NCBI GenBank assembly: GCA_965203805.1
Contig: OZ241917.1
Location: 992,001 to 1,056,000, forward strand
Reading direction: 5' to 3'
DNA from: Candidatus Latescibacterota bacterium
GTDB lineage: Bacteria; Latescibacterota; UBA2968; GCA-2709665
Length of the DNA: 64,000 nt
The notes beneath the pieces are model-generated. The model did no database searches. It was not told the DNA's origin and saw only the letters and a list, made by a program, of their open reading frames with translations. The translations under genes and the position numbers were made by a program. Positions 57,342-64,000 of the stretch are shown in pieces; the first letter of the stretch is position 1; each line of letters begins with the position of its first letter.

Positions 57342-58364
57342 ATGATCCGCGTTGGCGTAATCGGCATGCGCGGCATTGGCAGCCAACATGCAGAAGCTTA
57401 CCTGAAAAACAGCAAATCCGACCTTGCGGCCGTCTGCGACGTGGTCAAGGAACGGGCGGACAGCGCGGCCGAGCGGTTTGGCGCGAAGTCATATTACAAC
57501 GTGTCGGAGATGCTTCGTTGCGAAGAACTCGATGCAGCGAGCGTGGCGACGGGCGGGTTTGAAAACGGCGGCGACCATTACGAACCCGCCATCCAGTGCA
57601 TGGAAGCCGGTATCAACGTCCTGTGTGAAAAACCCATAAGCAACAACATCCATCACGCCCGCCAAATGGTCGATAAAGCGCGGGCGTGCGACATCCGTTT
57701 CGGCATCAACCTGAACCACCGGTTCGTTCCGCCCGCGGCCAAGGCCAGAGGCTGGATTGAGGAGGGCCGGCTCGGTCGCCTGCTGATCATCAACATGACC
57801 ATGTGGATCGGGAACCCCAACGAGACGTCTCCGTGGTTCCACCTCAGGGCCCTTCACCCTCACTCGATCGACATTATGCGATTCTTCTGCGGAAATGTGA
57901 AACGGGTACAGGCCTTTCTGAACAAGGCGCCCGGACGAAGCGGAGACCGTGAGACGGTATGCTGGTCCAACGCGCAGATCAACATGCATTTCGAAAACGA
58001 CGTCGTGGGTCACCTTACCGGCAGCTACGACACCAATCCCGCCCACAACCTGGAACGCTGCGAGGTGATGGGGACCGAAGGCCGTTTCGTCCTCGACAAC
58101 TGTTTCGAAGGCCTGACTCTCTATCCAAGACGATCCGAGGAACTTACGGTCGTACGTAACTCCATTATGGGCGGTCTGGTCTTCGAAGACACCTTCCCCA
58201 GACGAATCAATCGATGGATCGAACAGCTGGACGAGGGCGCGCCTCAATCGGAAATCGAAGGGTCCGGCGAAGAAGGACTCGCCGTACAGGAAGTCATCGA
58301 AGCGGCCATCCGATCGTGGGAAGAACGTTCAATTGCGGACGTGCCAATCGTACCCGGCGCGTGA
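57342..58364 (+). CDS. Gfo/Idh/MocA oxidoreductase
   Basis: RVGVIGMRGIG, NVLCEKP, NHRF and HSIDIMRF; AAGGAG RBS. Confidence 0.9.
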   Translation: MIRVGVIGMRGIGSQHAEAYLKNSKSDLAAVCDVVKERADSAAERFGAKSYYNVSEMLRCEELDAASVATGGFENGGDHYEPAIQCMEAGINVLCEKPISNNIHHARQMVDKARACDIRFGINLNHRFVPPAAKARGWIEEGRLGRLLIINMTMWIGNPNETSPWFHLRALHPHSIDIMRFFCGNVKRVQAFLNKAPGRSGDRETVCWSNAQINMHFENDVVGHLTGSYDTNPAHNLERCEVMGTEGRFVLDNCFEGLTLYPRRSEELTVVRNSIMGGLVFEDTFPRRINRWIEQLDEGAPQSEIEGSGEEGLAVQEVIEAAIRSWEERSIADVPIVPGA

Positions 58365-58435
58365 ACGGGTTGGAGCGCCGCTGCCAACATCGGAACACGA
58401 TTGCCAATGAAGTATCCAATTTCCGTCCGGACAGA

Positions 58436-59683
58436 ATGAAGACCGAACTCAATGGCGTGACGTATCGCCTTCCCCGGGTTCCGGTATCCGTCATTTGCGT
58501 CGACGGCGGAGATCCGGAGTACTTCGAGGCGGCGCGGACAGCCGGGGCGATTCCCACGATCGCGCGGTTTATGGAAACCGGGTACAACGGCACCGCCCAC
58601 TGCGCCATTCCGAGCTTTACCTGTCCCAATAACGTCTCCATCGCCACTGGCGCCCCGCCCGCCGTACACGGCGTTTCGGGAAATTTCTGTCTGGACCGGC
58701 GCACCCGCAAAGCGGTTCCGATGACATGCCCGTCGATGATGCGTTCGCGGACGATATTCGACGTCGTTTCGAAGGCCGGCGTCGAGACGGCGGTCATCAC
58801 GGCCAAGGACAAACTCCGCAGACAACTCGGCAAGGGTATGAACGTGGGGAACGGAAGCCTCTGTTTCTCGTCCCAGCGAGCGGACCGCTGTACGCTTCGG
58901 GAGAACGGCATTCAGGACGCGCTCGGCTGGGTCGGCAGGCCATTACCCGACATGTATTCCGACGCCCTGTCGCTCTTCGTACTTGACGCCGGCGTCCGGT
59001 TCCTCGAAAGAGACAGCCGGCCGCGGCTGGCGTACCTGTCGCTCACAGACTACATTCAGCATAGATATCCGCCGGATCATCCCGCGGCTCTCGATTTTTA
59101 TCGATCGCTCGACCGGCGCTGCGCGCGGCTCGATCGGCTGGGCGCCACCGTCGCGCTCGTGGCCGATCACGGCATGACGGACAAGTGCGCGCCGGACGGG
59201 ACGTACAATATCATCTGGCTGCAGGAACTGCTGGACCGTCGTTTCGGAACGGGAGCAACGCGTGTCATCTGTCCGATCACCGACGCGTTCGTTGGGCATC
59301 ACGCTGCGTTGGGAGGATTCGTCAGGGTCTACTGCTTCGACGACCTGGAGGTCCGCGAGGCCATCCGCTTTATAGCGTGCATCGACGGGATCGGGGCTGT
59401 CATGGCGCGAGCAGATGCGGCGGCGCGGTTCAATCTGCCTGTAGACGTGGAAGCCGACGCGGTGGTAATCGCCGCCGACGCGTTCTGTATCGGCGCCTCC
59501 CGGGTCGACCATGATCTTGCGGGGCTGCATGGCGAACGCCTGCGATCGCACGGCGGCTTTTCGGAGCAGGAGGTACCGCTCATCCTCAACCGCCCGCTCA
59601 CCGCCGAATACCTGGCGCGCACCGCGTCGGAACAGCTGATGAATTACCACGTTTTTGAATTGGCGCTGAACGGCGTCGCGTGA
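58436..59683 (+). CDS. phnA: Phosphonoacetate hydrolase
   Basis: NGVTYRLP, VICVDG, PSFTCPNN, TAKDKLR, YLSLTDYIQH, ADHGM and LRSHGG. Confidence 0.9.
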   Translation: MKTELNGVTYRLPRVPVSVICVDGGDPEYFEAARTAGAIPTIARFMETGYNGTAHCAIPSFTCPNNVSIATGAPPAVHGVSGNFCLDRRTRKAVPMTCPSMMRSRTIFDVVSKAGVETAVITAKDKLRRQLGKGMNVGNGSLCFSSQRADRCTLRENGIQDALGWVGRPLPDMYSDALSLFVLDAGVRFLERDSRPRLAYLSLTDYIQHRYPPDHPAALDFYRSLDRRCARLDRLGATVALVADHGMTDKCAPDGTYNIIWLQELLDRRFGTGATRVICPITDAFVGHHAALGGFVRVYCFDDLEVREAIRFIACIDGIGAVMARADAAARFNLPVDVEADAVVIAADAFCIGASRVDHDLAGLHGERLRSHGGFSEQEVPLILNRPLTAEYLARTASEQLMNYHVFELALNGVA

Positions 59684-59778
59684 GCGCCGCCGTTCAGCGC
59701 CAGACAGAGCTTCTGGAGCGAGCGGAATCGAAACGACGATCGGAAATGACGTAACCGGACAAAAAAGGAGTCGATGGC

Positions 59779-60162
59779 ATGAGCGAATCGAAGCTGTTCG
59801 AGGCCGCGTTCCCCTATGCCGACGATGTCCTCGCGCTTCCGGTGAAGGACATCGACGAAGCGTCAACCTGGTATTGTAAGGCGTTTGGACTCAAAGAAGC
59901 GGAGAGACACAGCGACCCGGTTCCCGCGGTGGTGCTTGAAAGGGACGGCGTCCGGATCGGATTCGCCGTCAATGGCGGCGATCCCGGGCAGGAAGGCGCG
60001 GCGATCCGCGTGTCCGATATTCACAGGGCGAGGCGGGAACTGGAAGAAAACGGTATCGAGACCGGCAACTGGAGGGTCGACGAGAACGACGGGCGAAAAT
60101 ACCAGGTCTTTTTCGTCGTTGCTCCGGACGCGCTCTGTTACTATTTCCACCAGCCGATCTAG
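59779..60162 (+). CDS. VOC (glyoxalase/bleomycin resistance) family protein
   Basis: LPVKDIDEASTWYCKAFG ... VSDI ... FFVVAPD; AAGGAG RBS. Confidence 0.85.
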   Translation: MSESKLFEAAFPYADDVLALPVKDIDEASTWYCKAFGLKEAERHSDPVPAVVLERDGVRIGFAVNGGDPGQEGAAIRVSDIHRARRELEENGIETGNWRVDENDGRKYQVFFVVAPDALCYYFHQPI

Positions 60163-60343
60163 TGTCCTGTCCCGGAAATACCTCACCATTCTTCCGCCGA
60201 TTCATCCCGTCTCGCAGCGTTGCCATCGCTCGCCGACCTGGCAAGGTCGCCTGCGCTCCGGCGCCTTGCGAGCCGGGCGACTCGACGGCCGAATTCAGGC
60301 AAGTTATTTCCGGGACAGAACACGAGGACGAACCCGCCAAATG

Positions 60344-60373
60344 AAACGGCCGGGCGGCGAGCCCGGCCGTTTT
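60344..60373. terminator. Bidirectional intrinsic terminator
   Basis: AAACGGCCGGGC-GGCGA-GCCCGGCCGTTTT between convergent genes. Confidence 0.75.
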
Positions 60374-60415
60374 GCATATGCGTCATCACGAAAACGAGGA
60401 TGGGGAAACGGGCGG

Positions 60416-61108
60416 CTATTGTTTCTTCTTCCTCTTTTTCTCTTTCCTGGCGAAGGATTTGGGGATATACGAGACCGCGTCGGGCGTTTTGCAGTTCGTG
60501 TCGCCGTGATCCACATCCACGGGACCGATCCGCTTTGCCGCCGCGATCGCCCGATCGCGGTAGTTCGCGTTGAAGGTCCCGATCGCAATGAGCGCGTTGT
60601 TCATCGCGTAGCGGACGCGATTGGGTTGGCTGTGAATCCGCGTCTCGATTCTCTCCAGACAGGCGTCGAGAAGCGCCTCGTCTATCTCGTCCCGCTCGTC
60701 AAGTACCATCTCCGTGAAGGTATTCCATCCCGCTGTGGCGACCCACTCGCCCCGCCTGGAGGTCCATTTCCTGAATCGGGTCAGTCCGGTCCTCGATGCG
60801 CTTGCCAGGGCGCCCAATTCCCCCGCCAGGATCGAGTTGTCGATATCCCGCGCCCAGACGTCGAGTTGGCCGGCGTTCATCCTCATGGGGTCGGCGATCC
60901 GTGTGGCGAGGGCCCGGGCATCGTGGTTGCGGGTGGCCCACAATGCCTCGGCCAGCCGATGGTTCTGCCTGATCTTCCTGACCATCTTGTTCAGGTTGGC
61001 AAAGCTGACGCCGTACATCGGCGGATTGATGCCGTGCCTCGCATAAACCTTGCGGTTCTGTGCGGTTCCGAGGGCTTCCAGCGCCGTGATCGTCTCGTCG
61101 AGCGTCAT
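60416..61108 (-). CDS. DNA alkylation repair protein (AlkD-like HEAT repeat)
   Basis: YGVSFANL, LAEALWATRNHDARALA, RVRYAMNNALIAIG and VDHGDTNCKTPDA. Confidence 0.85.
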   Translation of the reverse strand: MTLDETITALEALGTAQNRKVYARHGINPPMYGVSFANLNKMVRKIRQNHRLAEALWATRNHDARALATRIADPMRMNAGQLDVWARDIDNSILAGELGALASASRTGLTRFRKWTSRRGEWVATAGWNTFTEMVLDERDEIDEALLDACLERIETRIHSQPNRVRYAMNNALIAIGTFNANYRDRAIAAAKRIGPVDVDHGDTNCKTPDAVSYIPKSFARKEKKRKKKQ

Positions 61109-61250
61109 CGATTCCTCATCCCGTGGACATGCCGTACCCGCTCCGCAACGCCTGCCCAGGCCGGCGTTACGTCAACATATAGTGGAACTCGGGCCGGCTG
61201 CATCGGCGGTCTCATCACATATACGGCAGCGCGCCGGAACGGCGCGGCAC

Positions 61251-61673
61251 TCAGCCTTCAGGGTTTTCGAAATTGATCTGCCATCTGATGCCGAATTTAT
61301 CGACGCACATCCCGAAATAAGCCCCCCAGAACATATCCTGCATCGGCGTCAACGTTTCGCCACCCTCCGCCAGCCCTGCGAGCAACCGGTCTGCGTCCGC
61401 CCTGCTGTCCGGGCTGACCGTTATGGAAAAGTTGCCGCCGGTCTTTGGAGGAGGACCGAACGCCGAGGTGGAGTCGCTTCCCATGAGCACGCTGTCGCCG
61501 ACGGGCAGCGACACGTGCATGACACGGTGCTGCTCGTCTTCCGGTACCTGCAGATCGGGAGGTCCGTCACCGAAAGTCTCGATGAACAGGAAGTCTCCGC
61601 CGAACACGGAGCGGTAGAACTCAAACGCCTCCCTGCATTCCTTGTCGAAGGTCAGATAGATATTCAGTTGCAA
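61251..61673 (-). CDS. VOC family protein, PhnB/YjdN-like
   Basis: YLTFDKECREAFEFYRSVFGG, VMHVSL, LMGSD and FWGAYFGMCVDKFGIRWQI. Confidence 0.9.
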   Translation of the reverse strand: MQLNIYLTFDKECREAFEFYRSVFGGDFLFIETFGDGPPDLQVPEDEQHRVMHVSLPVGDSVLMGSDSTSAFGPPPKTGGNFSITVSPDSRADADRLLAGLAEGGETLTPMQDMFWGAYFGMCVDKFGIRWQINFENPEG

Positions 61674-61819
61674 TGCCGCCTCCTGTGTAATATGCGGCGT
61701 CCTGCGAGCCGCAGGCGTACTTGATGGTTATCTCGATTCAATTCAACCCGCTACCGAGCCCCTATCGGGCATCGGCGCCGCCGGATTCCCCATACCTTGC
61801 GATACCGGAACGTGCCCGG

Positions 61820-63076
61820 TTACAGGTAAAGTCCGATCATGCAGCCGGTGAGCATGGTCGCCAGGGTCCCGCCGATCAGAGATCGGAGCCCGAGGCGCGC
61901 CAGGTCGCCTCGCCTGTCCGGGGCGATCCCCCCGATGCCCCCGATCATAATGGCGACGGACCCGAAGTTTGCAAACCCGCACAGGGCGTAAGCGGTGATC
62001 ACAAATGCCCGTTGATCGAGCGGCTCGGGACCGCTCATCCGCCGCGCCAGGTCCACATAGGCCACGAATTCGTTCAGGATCGTCTTCAGCCCCATCAGTT
62101 CACCGACGGCGCGGGCTTCGGTCCAGGATATCCCCATCAGCCAGACGAACGGCCGAAACAGGCCACCCGCGGCGGCCTGGAGGCTCCAACCGCCGGCCCC
62201 CCCTGTAACCATAACGTCGATCTTTCCGATGACCAGGTTCGCCAGGGCAACCAGGCCGATGAAGGCGACGAGCATGGCGAGGATGTTGATGACCAGGCGC
62301 ATGCCCTCGGCGGCGCCCCTCGCCGCGGCATCGAGGCCGTTCAGGGTGTCGTCGCGAGGCAGTTCCACCTGTCTGTGTGAGGTGAGGGGTTGGCCGGTCT
62401 CCGGGATCATCAGCTTGGCCACCGCGATCGCCGCTGGCGCGCTGATCAGCGACGCAGTGAACAGATGCCCGGCGATATCCGGATGGGCCGTGCCGAGGAT
62501 GGTCGCGTAGATCACCATCACCGTACCGGCGATCGTGGCCATACCCACGGTCATTATACAGAACAGCTCGCTCTCCGTCATGCGGCTCACGTACGGCCGA
62601 ACCAGCAACGGGGATTCCGTCATCCCGAGAAAAACGTTCCCGGCGGACCCCACGCTCTCCGCGGAACTGAGTCCGAGGGCCCTCTGCATGAACGCGCTCA
62701 GCCGGCCGATCACCCACGGCAGGATCCGGTAGTGGTACAGCATCCTTGAAACCGCGGCCACAAAGATAAGTATCGCGGCGATTTCCAGAGCCACGACGGG
62801 GCCGTATCTGCCGGTGAATTCGGGATTCGACAATCCCGAGAAGAGTAGCGATTCGTTCGCCTTGAGCGCGGTTGCGCGAAGCATGTCCGTGAGGGCGCCG
62901 ACCACGCCGAAGACGTAATGCCGCAGCCCCGTCTTGACGAGAATGCCGGTCAGGAGCAACTGCAGGCCGCTGGCAACGGCGACGGTCTTCCAGGGGATGC
63001 GCATCGAACGCCGGCCGAGTGACCATGCTATTGCGAGAAGCGCGACATATCCAATGGCGCTGTGAAGCACGGACAA
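61820..63076 (-). CDS. CNT family nucleoside transporter (NupC-like)
   Basis: NVFLGMTESP, GMATIAG, KTILNEFVAY and YALCGFANFGS; TTG start after GAGGAG. Confidence 0.92.
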   Translation of the reverse strand: MSVLHSAIGYVALLAIAWSLGRRSMRIPWKTVAVASGLQLLLTGILVKTGLRHYVFGVVGALTDMLRATALKANESLLFSGLSNPEFTGRYGPVVALEIAAILIFVAAVSRMLYHYRILPWVIGRLSAFMQRALGLSSAESVGSAGNVFLGMTESPLLVRPYVSRMTESELFCIMTVGMATIAGTVMVIYATILGTAHPDIAGHLFTASLISAPAAIAVAKLMIPETGQPLTSHRQVELPRDDTLNGLDAAARGAAEGMRLVINILAMLVAFIGLVALANLVIGKIDVMVTGGAGGWSLQAAAGGLFRPFVWLMGISWTEARAVGELMGLKTILNEFVAYVDLARRMSGPEPLDQRAFVITAYALCGFANFGSVAIMIGGIGGIAPDRRGDLARLGLRSLIGGTLATMLTGCMIGLYL

Positions 63077-63234
63077 TGCGGGTCTCCTCTCTATGGATCG
63101 CGGATCTGCGGAACGGGTTCCGTCTGAAGGTCCGGTCGAGTCGCCACCCTCTGGACCGGCGCCAAAAATAGCCGGAAAGGTCGATACGGTCAAGCGATAT
63201 CCCGCCCCGAGGCCCTGGGTTGGCCTTGTATTTC

Positions 63235-63263
63235 TTGACTTGAATGATCGAAAACCCTATTGT
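63235..63263 (+). promoter_or_regulatory. sigma70 promoter for gmd
   Basis: TTGACT, 17 nt, TATTGT. Confidence 0.65.
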
Positions 63264-63403
63264 TGAGTTTGCCGGTGCACTACGGCGAGCACGCTTCCCG
63301 TCCGCAGTCTGTGTGAAAACAGCCTGTCGTCCATCCCGGGAGTGCGGACCCCTGAATCCCTCGGTACCGGCGCGACTCGGATTCGATTTACAATGAGGCT
63401 TCC

Positions 63404-64000
63404 GTGCGGCCTGGCAAACAGGAAAAGACTGCTCTGATCACCGGCATTACCGGCCAGGACGGTTCCTATCTCGCTGAATTCCTGATTGGCAAAGGCTACC
63501 TGGTGCACGGCATCATCCGCCGGGCCTCCCTGTTCAATACGGATCGCATCGACCACCTCTTTGCCAACCCCCAGGATCCCGACCGGCGGATGATTCTGCA
63601 CTACGGAGATCTCACGGATACGGCCAATCTGATCCGGATCGTCCAGGAAATACGGCCCGACGAGATCTACAATCTGGGTGCGCAGAGTCACGTGGCGGTG
63701 TCATTCGAAACGCCCGAATACACGGCAAAGGTGGCGGCGCTGGGGGCGCTGCATCTGCTCGAAGCCATCCGGATCTGCGGTCTCACCGATCGGACACGGT
63801 TCTACCAGGCCTCGAGTTCGGAGATGTTCGGCAAGGCGACGGAGACACCCCAGCGGGAATCCACACCGTTCTATCCCCGATCGCCATACGCAGCAGCCAA
63901 GGTATATGCATACTGGATCACCGTGAATTACCGCGAGGCCTATGAGATCTTCGCCTGCAACGGTATCCTGTTCAACCACGAGTCCCCAGTGCGCGGCGAG
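63404..64000 (+). CDS. gmd: GDP-mannose 4,6-dehydratase, runs off window end
   Basis: Absent from the ORF track because there is no stop in the window. From GTG 63404 it reads [48 protein letters not shown] and [10 protein letters not shown]. Confidence 0.96.
   Translation, partial: MRPGKQEKTALITGITGQDGSYLAEFLIGKGYLVHGIIRRASLFNTDRIDHLFANPQDPDRRMILHYGDLTDTANLIRIVQEIRPDEIYNLGAQSHVAVSFETPEYTAKVAALGALHLLEAIRICGLTDRTRFYQASSSEMFGKATETPQRESTPFYPRSPYAAAKVYAYWITVNYREAYEIFACNGILFNHESPVRGE

Noticed and set aside
58436-61673. phnA plus PhnB-like gene as a phosphonate operon
   Set aside because: They are on opposite strands and separated by other genes. PhnB/YjdN-like VOC proteins are not established phosphonate enzymes.
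1-64000. CRISPR arrays, IS elements, prophage, tRNA/rRNA, selenocysteine or frameshift recoding
   Set aside because: By eye I found no regularly spaced direct repeats, transposase/integrase motifs, cloverleaf structures or interrupted homology. Short or diverged elements could have been missed without tools.

Overview
A gene-dense, GC-rich bacterial chromosomal segment with about 50 CDS. I saw no rRNA, tRNA, CRISPR array, integrase or transposase. A secreted protein ending in an 'NPFNPSTTI' FlgD-Ig/T9SS-type C-terminal domain, a DUF2723 protein and purN next to mreBC suggest an FCB-group lineage such as Latescibacterota or relatives; this is inference. Housekeeping content: asd under a clear lysine riboswitch with a readable terminator/antiterminator switch, purN-mreB-mreC (no mreD/pbp2/rodA), galU, pcm, a ccsA-sirC-like-hemA-hemC-cobA/hemD tetrapyrrole operon, anmK, a double-length 1899-aa UvrA and the start of gmd. 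The rest is mostly catabolic enzymes of unknown substrate. The best candidates for an undescribed system are: (i) a MATE / TMEM260-like DUF2723 / GT2 unit that may O-glycosylate proteins; (ii) an envelope module of a cohesin-like+CTD protein, a Cys-rich multi-thioredoxin-fold protein and a Pcm with an apparent lipoprotein signal; (iii) a six-gene catabolic run with an active CE7 esterase followed by an apparently catalytically dead paralogue. All family calls come from recognising motifs by eye, with no database searches. Start codons were adjusted using RBS position.
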